Assembly: GCA_964016885.1 (NCBI GenBank) | Contig: OZ024764.1 | Span: 28,954,001-29,018,000, forward strand | Reading direction: 5' to 3' | DNA: 64,000 nucleotides | DNA from: Eledone cirrhosa | Taxonomy: Eukaryota | Part shown: positions 37,789 through 52,300 of the stretch, one piece after another | Position numbering within the stretch: the stretch's first letter is position 1 | How the letters are laid out: each line of letters begins with the position of its first letter | Position numbers and translations under genes: made by a program | Notes under the pieces: generated by a model | What the model was told of the DNA's origin: nothing | The model's database searches: none | The model's input: the letters and a program-made list of their open reading frames with translations, nothing else

Positions 37789-40070
37789 TTACATCTGTCT
37801 GTGAACTCTTGAAAAAGCAACATACAATTGTCCAGGGTTAAATACTTGCTCAGGGAGGAACAGACCCACTTTATCATGTATTTGACCATGGTTCTTGTTG
37901 ATTGTCATGGCATATGACAGTCTTAATGGAAACTGGGGTCTTTCCAAAGTAAAAGGGATGTTGGCACCACTGGGAACTAACTTCAGTCTTCGGATCAAAA
38001 CACACCTGCCCATCAAAGGACCATAGATATGAGAAGCTTCGATAAAATGTTTATGCAGTTCCACTACTTCTAATCTTGTGCCAATAAAATAATCTGTTCT
38101 GGATTGAAATATTCCATAGAAGCATTATTATTGATCCTGCTTTTAATTGGAGTTAGTGAGGCGGCATCCCAGAAGGTGTAAGCATTGCCTCTTTGAAAGT
38201 AAACTCTGTTTGTTCTCCAGGTGTGTGGCTAGGCTGTATACTGTATGTGATGTACCATGAAGCTTAAATTCTGAGAGACACAACACTGCTTCTGGCTGAG
38301 ACACATACCTGCAACAAAGATAGGTTCTTATTTCATCATGGTTGTGTTGGTTCTGAGCCTCATTAGGTAATGCATTATTCGTTACTTCTATAGATGTACA
38401 ATCATGCCCCATGTAACATATTTAAAGAGGTACTTGACACTTTTTACAGAAGCGCAAACTTCAACATTAATATGTGCACAATATTTCTTAAGCAAAAAGG
38501 CATTAAGTGGCACAACATTCCTGTTATCTACTGAATGTCATCCAATTTACACTGCAGTTCCTGTCTTGCACCTCCTGTACTCTGGGTATCCATTTAGGTT
38601 CAATAATGTTTCCCTTCTGTAGGTTTTTGGATAGTTCTTTTGGAAAAATCCATTTTGTATAAATGGGGGAAAAGGGTTTCCAGAATCACATGGCCTGTGG
38701 ATAATAAACTTTTAAACCTGCTCATGTAGTACTGGATCATCTTCCAATGCAGGTATTTCTGCTGACACGATTCTGTCAATGTCTTCTCTGTTTCATATCT
38801 TGTCTTCATTTTTTAAGGCTCAGTGTTATCATCTGTTTAGATAATTCATTAAACCATTATACTCATCCACTCACAATTGGGCTTGATTGTTCCTCAAATA
38901 TTGAAGCCTGCATCCCTCTACTTTCATATAGGCATCCACTAAATACTGCTAAAATAATTTACCTGCCCTATATATCGCACTAAATCCTCCTCTATATGCT
39001 ATACAGTATATGTAATACTCCTGCATTGTCAGTCTATTGCAAACACAGGTCCTGCATTCCTCTCCATGTCACTATGCCACCAAAATTCACCATTATCGGT
39101 CGGTCATGAGGTCCAAGTGGCATGAATTATGTGGTATTTTCTGAGGAGGATGGTCTTTAGGAAAGATGATAATATCTCTTTGTACAGGTGGTGTGCCCTC
39201 AATCCCCCACAAAACAACAGCTATCATTACTAGTTGGTAAATTATAGCAGCTCATATCTGATCCTCTTCTAAATCTTAATTCACAGTTCTGTACACGACA
39301 ATTTTCTCTTCTAGAACTTTGCTGTTTGATGCCATGCATTGTATTGTACACTTCGACATATGGATAACATTCATGCAACACCTCTCTTATCATAGCCATT
39401 TTTTGTGGTGAGCAGTCATTATTTGTTGGTACTAGGGCGGTGGATTGGCAGTATCGGTAGAGCGTCAGACACCATGCTTTGCAGCATAGGGTTATGGCCC
39501 TTTACGTTCTGGGTTCAAATCCCTCTAAGGTTGACTTTGTTTTCATCCTTATGAGGTCGATAGAATAAAGTACCAGTAATTGCTGGCCTTGTGCCAGAAA
39601 CAATTATTTGGTTGTACTTCCAATCTGTGCTACACACTTTCATTCCCATCAATAATATATAACTGGCCATATTGTGGTGTATTTTCTGCAGGTTACAGAG
39701 ATGGGGGTGTATTGATATGTTTGACCCTGAATATGAAAGCTATACGGGCCTCTGCCGGGTGGTAACACCAAATGAAGTGAAATAAATGTAGTTTTAATTG
39801 CAGATGTTTCTGTGAAATCAACTGCTTCCTGGCCTCTTTCAAAGAGATTTCTCAGTCTCTCAGGGTATATTTGCAATGGTGGCAACACAACCTTTCCTTT
39901 ATTACAACAGTTACAATTTTCATTTCTAAATTTCAAAGCTCCACAGTGATCACACGAAACATTCATATCACTAATATGAAATTCTTCTACATTTCCATTA
40001 ATATTAATTGTTGGCCAATTTCTCTTACAACGCTCATTATCCATTCTTCTCTGTCTGAATGTTTTCCATT
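37789..40070 (-). pseudogene. Helitron RepHel pseudogene copy C (SINE at 39434-39602; PHD remnant 37479-37615)
   Basis: Same motifs as copies A and B; extra ~59-bp deletion near 38183. Confidence 0.92.
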
Positions 40071-41127
40071 CTGTTGTTTATTATGTAATTAAATAGCTCT
40101 GTACAATACATAGAGCACTCTTCTTTTCTTTACCTTTTCTATAGAAATACAAGAACAAACATATATATATATATATATGTATATATGTGTGTATATACAT
40201 AAACAAGACTGTTATTACTCCAACAAGTCTATTTACCTTTGATAACTATCCTAAATATAAATACACCTATACCATACATACATATATCATATATCTTTTT
40301 GATGCCGTGGTATAGCAGAGATAAGCAAGAAGAGAAAAGAAATTGAAAAGGAGAAAAAAAAGGAAGTAAGAAGTCGGGGGAGGGACAGACACTTCACCCC
40401 AGTCTAAGTGGTCCCTCAGCCGCAACACGTGGAAGAAACGTAAAAGCGTTACCTCGGAACAAGGCCAGAGACACCTGCTACAATAGTTGCCCCTCCTCAC
40501 GAGGCTCCTGCCGTCTTTCCTCCCGACTTTATGGAGGAAATCAGCAGTAGGGGGACCAAGTATGGCAGAGGTCTCAATGGAGTGGAAGAGGTGAGTCAGG
40601 CCTCAGTACTATCTTACTCTCCTCTGCGTTGCGGGGTGTGGAGCCTAGGTTTGTGGCTGTAGCTATATTTGAACTTTTATATGAAATTTCAGTTTTATAT
40701 TTTTCACATCTTAAAACTTAATCTTAGTCTTTTGCAGCTCATCTAGTTTCATCTCACAGCACACGATTTGGGAACCACTGCTCTAGAGATAGAAAAAGTA
40801 TATTTTATGCAAGGCTTCCTTGAGACATAAAAACTATTTCAAGAGATCAACATGGGTAGAAAGGTTGAGAAATGCTGCTCAATGTTCTTCGGTTTTTGTT
40901 CACCTTTAAATAATCATGTATAAAATATCGGGTGTGCAAGATTTCATGAAAAGGTATAACATTATTTATGCTGATCTTGCAGGGACTAGCTCCAATTGAG
41001 ATTTGTACAATTCCCACTAAACTCGAAACTCCTGGACAATATATACATATCTTTATAAGTTCCTGTGTATTGTGGCGGTGTCTAATGAAACATAAATATA
41101 TACCATGCATGTCAGTCAGATTTGAAC

Positions 41128-41356
41128 AGAATTATTAGCCACAGGGGCAGAGATGTCCATAACATTACATGACAGAATTATTAGCCACAGGGGCAGAGAT
41201 GTCCATAACATTACATGTCAGAATTATGAGCCACTGGGGCAGAGATGTCCCTAACATTACATGTCAGAATTATTAGCCACAGGGGCAGAGATGTCCATAA
41301 CATAACATGACAGAATTATTAGCCACAGGGGCAGAGATGTCCATAACATTACATGT
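41128..41356 (+). repeat. 46-bp minisatellite, plus orientation, start of giant satellite block
   Basis: 5 units joined to TTTGAAC inside a MITE TIR. Confidence 0.95.
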
Positions 41357-44300
41357 GGCTAATAATTCTGTCATGTAATGTTATGGACATCTCTGCCCCT
41401 GTGGCTAATAATTCTGTCATGTAATGTTATGGTCATCTCTGCCCCTATGGCTAATAAATCTGTCATGTAATGTTATGGACATCTCTGCCCCTGTGGCTAA
41501 TAATTATGTCATGTAATGTTATAGACATCTCTGCCCCTGTGGCTAATAAATCTGTCATGTAATGTTATGGACATCTCTGCCCCTGTGGCTAATAAATCTG
41601 TCATGTAATGTTATGGACATCTCTGCCCCTGTGGCTAATAATTCTGACATGTAATGTTATGGACATCTCTGCCCCTGTGGCTAATAAATCTGCCATGTAA
41701 TGTTATGGACATCTCTGCCCCTGTGGCTAATAAATCTGTCATGTAATGTTATGGACATCTCTGCCCCTGTGGCTAATAATTCTGACATGTAATGTTATGG
41801 ACATCTCTGCCCCTGTGGCTAATAATTCTGACATGTGATGTTATGGACATCTCTGCCCCTGTGGCTAATAATTCTGACATGTAATGTTATGGACATCTCT
41901 GCCCCTGTGGCTAATAATTCTGAGAGAGATGAAACAAGTGAGGGATTAGAGTGTTGAAAGAAGAGAGAGAGAGCGAGATGAAATGAGAGAGTGTGAGCGA
42001 GATGAAACGAGACAGGGAGAGCGAGATGAAACGAGAGAGTGAGAGCGAGATGAAACGAGAGAGTGAGAGCGAGATGAAACGAGAGAGAGAGAGCGAGATG
42101 AAATGAGAGAGAGAGAGCGAGATGAAATGAGAGAGAGAGAGCGAGATGAAACAGGAGAGAGAGAGCGAGATGAAACGAGAGGGAGAGAGAGATAGAGGGA
42201 GATGAAACGACAGAGAGAGAGAGACAGATGAAACGAGAGAGAGAGAGATGAAATGAGAGAGAGGAAGAGTGAGATGGAACGAGAGAGAGGAAGACAGAGG
42301 TGAAACGAGAGAGAGAGAGAGCGAGATGAAACGAGAGAGAGGAAGAGAGAGAGCGCGAGATGAAACGAGAGAGAGAGAGCGCGAGATGAAACTCTGTCAT
42401 GTAATGTTATGGACATATCTGCCCTTGGGGCTAATAATTGTCATGTAATGTTATGGACATCTCTGCCCCTGTGGCTAATAACTCTGACATGTAATGTTAT
42501 GGACATCTCTGCCCCTGTGGCTAATAATTCTGAGAGAGATGAAACAAGTGAGGGATTAGAGAGAGATAAAACAAGTGAGGGATTAGAGTGTTGAAACAAG
42601 AGGAAGAGAGAGAGAGAGAGCGAGATGAAATGAGACAGGGAGAGCGAGATGAAACGCAATAGTGAGAGAAGCGAGATGAAACGAGAGAGTGAGAGCGAGA
42701 TGAAACGAGAGCGAGAGAGAGCGAGATGAAACGAGACAGAGAGAGCGAGATGTAATGAGAGAGAGAGAGAGCGGGATGGAACGAGACAGAGAGGAAACGA
42801 GAGTAGAGAGGGAGATGAAACGAGAGGGAGAGAGAGATGAAACGAGAGAGCGAGAGAGAGATGAAACGAGGGAGATAGAGATGAAACGAGAGAGAGGAAG
42901 AGAGAGATGGAACGAGAAAGAGGAAGAGAGAGATGGAACGAGAGAGAGGAAGACAGAGATGAAACGAGAGAGAGAGAGAGAGCGAGATGAAACGAGACAG
43001 AGAGAGCGCGAGATGAAACGAGAGAGAGAGAGCACGAGATGAAACGACAGAGAGAGAGACAGATTGAAGGAGGGAGATACAGATAAAACGAGAGAGAGGA
43101 TGAGAGAGATGGAACGAGAGAGAGGAATAGAGAGATGGAACGAGAGAGAGGAAGACAGAGATGAAACGAGAGAGAGAGAGAGCAAGATGAAACGAGAGAG
43201 AGAGAGAGCGCGAGATGAAACTCTATCATGTAATGTTATTGATATATCTGCCCCTGTGGCTAATAATTGTCATGTAATGTTATGGTCATCTCTGCCCCTG
43301 TGGCTAATAATTCTGTCATGTAATGTTATGGACGTCTCCGCCCCTGTGGCTAATAATTCTGACATGTAATGTTATGGACATCTCTGCCCCTGTGGCTAAT
43401 AATTCTGACATGTAATGTTATGGACATCTCTGCCCTGTGGCTAATAATTCTGACATGTAATGTTATGGACATCTCTGCCCCTGTGGCTAATAATTCTGAG
43501 AGAGATGAAACAAGTGAGGGATTAGAGAGAGATAAAACAAGTGAGGGATTAGAGTGTTGAAACAAGAGAGAGAGAGGAAGAGAGAGAGAGAGCGAGATGA
43601 AATGAGACAGGGAGAGTGAGATGAAACGCGAGATGAAACGAGAGAGTGAGAGCGAGATGAAACGAGAGAGACAGAGAGCGAGATGAAACGAGACAGAGAG
43701 AGCGAGATGGAACGAGACAGAGAGGAAACGAGAGAGAGGAAACGAGAGTAGAGAGCGAGATGAAACAGGAGAGAGAGAGCGAGATGAAACGAGAGGGAGA
43801 GAGAGATGAAACGAGAGAGAGGAAGAGAGAGATGGAACGAGAGAGAGGAAGACAGAGATGAAACGAGAGAGAGAGAGAGCGAGATGAAACGAGAGAGAGA
43901 GAGCACGAGATGAAAGGAGAGAGAGAGAGCGCGAGATGAAACGACAGAGAGAGAGACAGATGAAAGGAGGGAGATAGAGATGAAACGAGAGAGAGGAAGA
44001 GAGAGATGGAACGAGAGAGAGGAAGAGAGAGATGAAAGACAGAGGTGAAACGAGAGAGAGAGAGATCGAGATGAAACGAGAGAGAGGAAGGGAGAGAGCG
44101 CGAGATGAAACGAGAGAGAGAGAGCGCGAGATGAAACTCTGTCATGTAATGTTATGCACATATCTGCCCTTGGGGCTAATAATTGTCATGTAATGTTATG
44201 GACATCTCTGCCCCTGTGGCTAATAACTCTGACATGTAATGTTATGGACATCTCTGCCCCAGTGGCTAATAATTCTGAGAGAGATGAAACAAGGGAGGGA

Positions 44301-47300
44301 TTAGAGAGAGATAAAACAAGTGAGGGATTAGAGTGTTGAAACAAGAGAGAGAGAGGAAGAGAGAGAGAGAGAGCGAGATGAAATGAGACAGGGAGAGCGA
44401 GATGAAACGCAATAGTGAGAGAAGCGAGATGAAACGAGCGAGTGAGATCGAGATGAAACGAGAGAGAGAGAGAGCGAGATGAAACGAGACAGAGAGAGCG
44501 AGATGTAATGTGAGAGAGAGAGAGCGGGATGGAACGAGACAGAGAGGAAACGAGAGTAGAGAGCGAGATGAAACGAGAGGGAGAGAGAGATGAAACGAGA
44601 GAGCGAGAGAGAGATGAAACGAGGGAGATAGAGATGAAACGAGAGAGAGGAAGAGAGAGAGGAAGAGAGAGATGGAACGAGAGAGAGGAAGACAGAGATG
44701 AAACGAGAGAGAGAGAGAGCGAGATGAAACGAGACAGAGAGGGCACGAGATGAAACGAGAGAGAGAGAGAGCACGAGATGAAACGACAGAGAGAGAGACA
44801 GATGAAAGGAGGGAGATAGAGATGAAACGAGAGAGAGGATGAGAGAGATGGAACGAGAGAGAGGAAGAGAGAGATGGAACGAGAGAGAGGAAGACAGAGA
44901 TGAAACGAGAGAGAGAGAGAGCAAGATGAAACGAGAGAGAGAGAGCGCGAGATGAAACTCTATCATGTAATGTTATTGATATATCTGCCCCTGTGGCTAA
45001 TAATTGTCATGTAATGTTATGGTCATCTCTGCCCCTGTGGCTAATAATTCTGTCATGTAATGTTATGGACGTCTCCGCCCCTGTGGCTAATAATTCAGAC
45101 ATGTAATGTTATGGACATCTCTGCCCCTGTGGCTAATAACTCTGACATGTAATGTTATGGACATCTCTGCCCTGTGGCTAATAATTCTGACATGTAATGT
45201 TATGGACATCTCTGCCCCTGTGGCTAATAATTCTGAGAGAGATGAAACAAGTGAGGGATTAGAGAGAGATAAAACAAGTGAGGGATTAGAGTGTTGAAAC
45301 AAGAGAGAGAGAGGAAGAGAGAGAGAGAGAGAGAGCGAGATGAAATGAGACAGGGAGAGTGAGATGAAACGCGAGATGAAACGAGAGAGTGAGAGCGAGA
45401 TGAAACGAGAGAGAGAGAGAGCGAGATGAAACGAGACAGAGAGAGCGAGATGTAATGAGAGAGAGAGAGAGCGGGATGGAACGAGACAGAGAGGAAACGA
45501 GAGTAGAGAGCGAGATGAAACAGGAGAGAGAGAGCGAGATGAAACGAGAGGGAGAGAGAGATGAAACGAGGGAGAGGAAGAGAGGGAGGAAGAGAGAGAT
45601 GGAACGAGAGAGAGGAAGACAGAGATGAAACGAGAGAGAGAGAGAGCGAGATGAAACGAGAGAGAGAGAGCGCGAGATGAATCGAGAGAGAGTGAGCGCG
45701 AGATGAAACGACAGAGAGAGAGACAGATGAAAGGAGGGAGATAGAAATGAAACGAGAGAGAGGAAGAGAGAGATGGAACGAGAGAGAGGAAGAGAGAGAT
45801 GGAACGAGAGAGAGGAAGAGAGAGATGGAACGAGAGAGAGGAAGACAGAGATGAAACGAGAGAGAGCGAGATGAAACGAGAGAGCGAGATGAAACGAGAG
45901 AGAGAGAGAGCGAGATGAAACGAGAGAGAGCAAGAGAGAGAGCGCGAGATGAAACTCTGTCATGTAATGTTATGGACATATCTGCCCTTCGGGCTAATAA
46001 TTGTCATGTAATGTTATGGACATCACTGGCCCTGTGGCTAATAATTCTGTCATGTAATGTTATGGACATCTCTGCCCCTGTGGCTAATAATTCTTACATG
46101 TAATGTTATGGACATCTCTCCCCCTGTGGCTAATAATTCTGAGAGAGATGAAACAAGTGGGGGATTAGAGAGAGATAAAACAAGTGAGGGATTAGAGTGT
46201 TGAAACGAGAGAGTGAGAGCGAGATGAAACGAGACAGAGAGAGCGAGATGTAATGAGAGAGAGAGAGAGCGGGATGGAACGAGACAGAGAGGAAACGAGA
46301 GTAGAGAGCGAGATGAAACAAGAGGGAGAGAGAGATGAAACGAGAGAGCGAGAGAGAGATGAAACGAGGGAGATAGAGATGAAACGAGAGAGAGGAAGAG
46401 AGAGATGGAACGAGAGAGAGGAAGACAGAGATGAAACGAGAGAGAGAGAGAGCGAGATGAAACGAGAGAGAGAGAGCGCAAGATGAAACGAGAGAGAGAG
46501 AGCGCGAGATGAAACGACAGAGAGAGAGACAGATGAAAGGAGGGAGATAGAGATGAAACGAGAGAGAGGAAGAGAGAGATGGAACGAGAGAGAGGAAGAG
46601 GGAGATGGAACGAGAGAGAGGAAGACAGAGATGAAACGAGAGAGAGGAAGAGAGAGAGCGCGAGATGAAACTCTCTCATGTAATGTTATCGACATATCTG
46701 CCCTTGGGGCTAATAATTGTCATGTAATGTTATGGACATCTCTGCCCCTATGGCTAATAATTCTGACATGTAATGTTATGGACATCTCTGCCCCTGTGGC
46801 TAATAATTCTGTCATGTAATGTTATGGACATCTCTGCCCCTGTGGCTAATAATTCTTACATGTAATGTTATGGACATCTCTGCCCCTGTGGCTAATAATT
46901 CTGACGTAATGTTATGGACATCTCTGCCCTGTGGCTAATAATTCTGACATGCAATGTTATGGACATCTCTGCCCCTGTGGCTAATAATTCTGAGAGAGAT
47001 GAGCCAAGTGAGGGATTAGAGAGAGATAAAACAAGTGAGGGATTAGAGTGTTGAAACAAGAGAGAGAGAGGAAGAGAGAGAGAGAGCGAGATGAAACAAG
47101 AGAGTGAGAGAAGCGAGATGAAACGAGAGAGTGAGAGCGAGATCAAACGAGAAAGAGAGAGAGCGAGATGAAACGAGACAGAGATGAAACGAGAGAGAGA
47201 GGAAATGAGAGAGAGGAAACGAGAGTAGAGAGCGAGATGAAACAGGAGAGAGAGAGCGAGAAGAAACGAGCGGGAGAGAGAGATGAAACGAGAGAGCGAG

Positions 47301-49344
47301 AGAGAGATGAAACGAGGGAGATAGAGATGAAACGAGAGAGAGGAAGAGAGAGATGGAACGAGAGAGAGGAAGAGAGAGATGGAACGAGAGAGAGGAAGAC
47401 AGAGATGAAACGAGAGAGAGCGAGATGAAACGAGACAGAGAGAGCGCGAGATGAAACGAGAGAGAGAGAGCGCGAGATGAAACGACAGAGAGAGAGACAG
47501 ATGAAAGGAGGGAGATAGAGATGAAACGAGAGAGAGGATGAGAGAGATGGAACGAGGGAGAGGAAGAGAGAGATGGAACGAGAGAGAGGAAGACAGAGAT
47601 GAAACGAGAGAGAGAGCAAGATGAAACGAGAGAGAGAGAGAGCGCAAGATGAAACGAGAGAGAGAGAGCGCGAGATGAAACTCTGTCATGTAATGTTATT
47701 GACATATCTGCCCCTGTGGCTAATAATTTTCATGTAATGTTATGGTCATCTCTGCCCCTGTGGCTAATAATTCTGTCATGTAATGTTATGGACATCTCTG
47801 CCCTTGTGGCTAATAATTCTGACATGTAATGTTATGGTCATCTCTGTCCCTGTGGCTAATAATTCTGAGAGATAGTAAACAAGTGAGGGATTAGAGTGTT
47901 GAAACAAGAGAGAGAGAGCGAGAAGAAATGAGAGAGTGAGAGCGGGATGAAACGAGAGAGGGAGAGCGAGATGAAACGAGAGAGAGAGAGCGAGATGAAA
48001 TGAGAGAGAGAGAGCGAGATGAAACGGGAGGGAGAGAGAGATGAAACGAGAGTAGAGAGCGAGATGAAACAGGAGAGAGAGAGCGAGATGAAATGAGAGG
48101 GAGAGAGAGATGAAACGAGAGAGCGAGAGAGAGATGAAACGAGGGAGAGGAAGAGAGAGATGGAACGAGAGAGAGGAAGACAGAGATGGAACGAGAGAGA
48201 GGAAGACAGAGATGAAACGAGAGAGAGAGAGCGAGATGAAACAGGAGAGAGAGAGCGAGATGAAACGAGAGGGAGAGAGAGATGAAACGAGAGAGCGAGA
48301 GAGAGATGAAACAAGGGAGATAGAGATGAAACGAGAGAGAGGAAGAGAGAGATGGAACGAGAGAGAGGAAGAGAGAGATGGCACGAGAGAGAGGAAGACA
48401 GAGATGAAACGAGAGAGAGAGAGCGAGATGAAACGAGAGAGAGAGAGCGCGACATGAAACGAGAGAGAGAGAGCGCGAGATGAAACTACAGAGAGCGAGA
48501 CAGATGAAAGAAGGGAGATAGAGATGAAACGAGAGAGAGGAAGAGAGAGATGGAACGAGAGAGAGGAAGAGAGAGATGGAACGAGAGAGAGGAAGACAGA
48601 GATGAAACGAGAGAGAGAGCGAGATGAAACGAGAGAGAGAGAGCGCAAGATGAAACGAGAGAGAGAGAGCGCGAGATGAAACGACAGAGAGAGAGACAGA
48701 TAAAAGGAGGGAGATAGAGATGAAACGAGAGAGAGGATGAGAGAGATGGAACGAGAGAGAGGAAGAGAGAGATGGAACGAGAGAGAGGAAGACAGAGATG
48801 AAACGAGAGAGAGAGAGAGCAAGACGAAACGAGAGAGAGAGAGAGCGCAAGATGAAACGAGAGAGAGAGAGAGCGCGAGATGAAACGACAGAGAGAGAGA
48901 CAGATGAAAGAAGGGAGATAGAAATGAAACGAGAGAGAGGAAGAGAGAGATGGAACGAGAGAGAGGAAGTGAGAGATGGAACGAGAGAGAGGAAGACAGA
49001 GATGAAACGAGAGAGAGAGAGAGCGAGATGAAACGAGAGAGAGGAAGACAGAGATGAAACGAGAGAGAGGGAGAGCGAGATGAAACGAGAGAGAGAGCGC
49101 GCAAGATGAAACTCTGTCATGTAATGTTATTGACATATCTGACCCTGTGGCTAATAATTCTGTCATGTAATGTTATGGTCATCTCTGCCCCTGCGGCTAA
49201 TAATTCTGTCATGTAATGTTATGGACATCTCTGCCCCTGTGGCTAATAATTCTGACATGTAATGTTATGGAAATCTATGCCCCTGTGGCTAATAATTCTG
49301 TCATGTAATGTTATGGACATCTCTGCCCCTGTGGCTAATAAATC
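41357..49344 (-). repeat. Inverted block of bipartite satellite (alternating 46-bp arrays and GA-rich GCGAGATGAAAC arrays)
   Basis: 9 46-mer arrays alternating with 8 GA blocks, all reverse complement. Confidence 0.95.
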
Positions 49345-52300
49345 AGAATTATTAGCCACAGGGGCAGAGATGTCCATAACATTACATGTCAGAATTATTA
49401 GCCACAGGGGCAGAGATGTCCATAACATTACATGTCAGAATTATTAGCCACAGGGGCAGAGATGTCCATAACATTACATGACAGATTTATTAGCCACAGG
49501 GGCAGAGATGTCCATAACATTACATGTCAGAATTATTAGCCACAGGGGCAGAGATGTCCATAACATTACATGACAGATTTATTAGCCACAGGGGCAGAGA
49601 TGTCCATAACATTACATGTCATATTTATTAGCCACAGGGGCAGAGATGTCCATAACATTACATGTCAGAATTATTAGCCACAGGGGCAGAGATGTCCATA
49701 ACATTACATGACAGATTTATTAGCCACAGGGGCAGAGATGTTCATAACATTACATGACAGAATTATTAGCCACAGGGGCAGAGATGTCCATAACATTACA
49801 TGACAGAATTATTAGCCACAGGGGCAGAGATTTCCATAACATTACATGACAATTATTAGCCCCAAGGGCAGATATGTCCATAACATTACATGACAGACTT
49901 TCATCTCGCGCTCTCTCTCTCTCGTTTCATCTTGCGCTCTCTCTCTTCCTCTCTCTCGTTTCATCTTGCTCTCTCTCTCGTTTCATCTCGCGTTCTCTCT
50001 CTTCCTCTCTCTCGTTTCATCTCGCTCTCTCTCTCTCTCGTTTCATCTCTGTCTTCCTCTCTCTCGTTCCATCTCTCTCTTCCTCTCTCTCGTTCCATCT
50101 CTCTCTTCCTCTCTCTCGTTTCATCTCTCTCTCTCGTTTCATCTCTATCTCCCTCGTTTCATCTGTCTCTCTCTCTGTCGTTTCATCTCCCTCTATCTCT
50201 CTCTCGCTCTCTCGTTTCATCTCTCTCTCCCTCTCCTTTCATCTCGCTCTCTCTCTCCTGTTTCATCTCGCTCTCTCTCTCCTGTTTCATCTCGCTCTCT
50301 ACTCTCGTTTCCTCTCTCTCGTATCCTCTCTCTCGTTTCCTCTCTCTCTCGTTTCCTCTAGCTCTCGTTTCCTCTAGCTCTCACTCTCTCGTTTCATCTC
50401 GCTCTCTCTCTCTCATTTCATCTCGCTCTCTCTCTCTCTCGTTTCATCTCGCTCTAATCTGTCTCGTTTCATTTCGTTCTCTCTCTCTCTCGTTTCATCT
50501 CGCTCTCTCTGTCTCGTTTCATCTCGCTCTCTCTCTCTCATTTCATCTCGCTCTCTCTCTCTCATTTCATCTCGCTCTCTCTCTCTCGTTTCATCTCGCT
50601 CTCACTCTCTCATTTCATCTCGCTCTCTCTCTCTCGTTTGATCTCGCTCTCACTCTCTCTTCCTCTCTCTCTCTTGTTTCAACACTCTAATCCCTCACTT
50701 GTTTCATCTCTCTCTTATCCCTCACTTGTTTCATCTCTCTCAGAATTATTAGCCACAGGGGCAGAGATATCCATAACATTACATGTCAGAATTATTAGCC
50801 ACAGGGGCAGAGATGTCCATAACATTACATGACAGATTTATTAGCCACAGGGGCAGAGATGTCCATAACATTACATGACGAATTTATTAGCCACAGGGGC
50901 AGAGATGTCCATAACATTACATGACAGAATTATTAGCCACAGGGGCAGAGATGTCCATAACATTACATGACATAATTATTAGCCACAGGGACAGAGATGT
51001 CCATAACATTACATGACAGAATTATTTGCCACAGGGGCAGAGATGTAAATAACATTACATGACAATTATTAGCCCCAAGGGCAGATATGTCCATAACATT
51101 ACATGACAATTATTAACCCCAGGGGCAGATATGTCCATAACATTACATGACAGACTTTCATCTCGCGCTCTCTCTCTTCCTCTCTCTCGTTTCATCTCGC
51201 TCTCTCTCTCTCGTTTCATATCTGTCTTCCTCTCTCTCGTTCCATCTCTCTATTCCTCTCTCTCTCGTTTCATCTAGCTATCACTCTCTCGTTTCATCTC
51301 CCTCTATCTCTCTCTCGCTCTCTCGTTTCATCTCTCCCTCCCACTCGTTTCATCTCGCTCTCTCTCTCCGGTTTCATCTCGTTCTCTCTCTCTCCTGTTT
51401 CATCTTGCTCTCTACTCTCGTTTCCTCTCTCTCGTTTCCTCTCTCTCGTTTCCTCTCTCTCCCGTTTCCTCTCTCTCTCTCGTTTCATCTAGCTCTCACT
51501 CTCTCGTTTCATCTCGCTCTCTCTGACTCGTTCCATCTCGCTCTCACTCTCTCGTTTCATCTCGCTCTCTCTCTCTCATTTCATCTCGCTCTCTCTCTCT
51601 CATTTCATCTCGATCTCTCTGTCTCGTTTCATCCCGCTCTCTCTGTCTCGTTTCATCTCGCTCTCTCTCTCTCATTTCATCTCGCTCTCTCTCTCTCATT
51701 TCATCTCGCTCTCTCTCACTCTCTCGTTTCATCTCACTCTCAATCTCTCATTTCATCTCGCTCTCTCTCTCTCATTTCATCTCGCGCTCTATCTCTTCCT
51801 CTCTCTCGTTTCATCTCGCGCTCTCTCTCTTCCTCTCTCTCGTTTCATCTCGCTCTCTCTCTCTCTCTCGTTTCATCTTGCGCTCTCTCTCTTCCTCTCT
51901 CTCGTTTCATCTCGATCTCTCTCTGTCTCGTTTCATCTCTGTCTTCCTCTCGCTCGTTCCATCTCTCTCTTCCTCTCTCTCGTTCCATCTCTCTCTTCCT
52001 CTCTCTCGTTACATCTCTCTCTCTCGTTTCATCTTGCTCTCTCTCTCTCTCGTTTCATCTCTGTCTTCCTCTCTCTCGTTCCATCTCTCTCTTCCTCTCT
52101 CTCGTTCCATCTCTCTCTTCCTCTCTCTCGTTTCATCTCTCTCTCTCGTTTCATCTCTATCTCCCTCGTTTCATCTGTATCTCTCTCTGTCGTTTCATCT
52201 CCCTCTATCTCTCTCTCGCTCTCTCGTTTCATCTCTCTCTCCCTCTCGTTTCATCTCGCTCTCTCTCTCCTGTTTCATCTCGCTCTCTCTCTCCTGTTTC

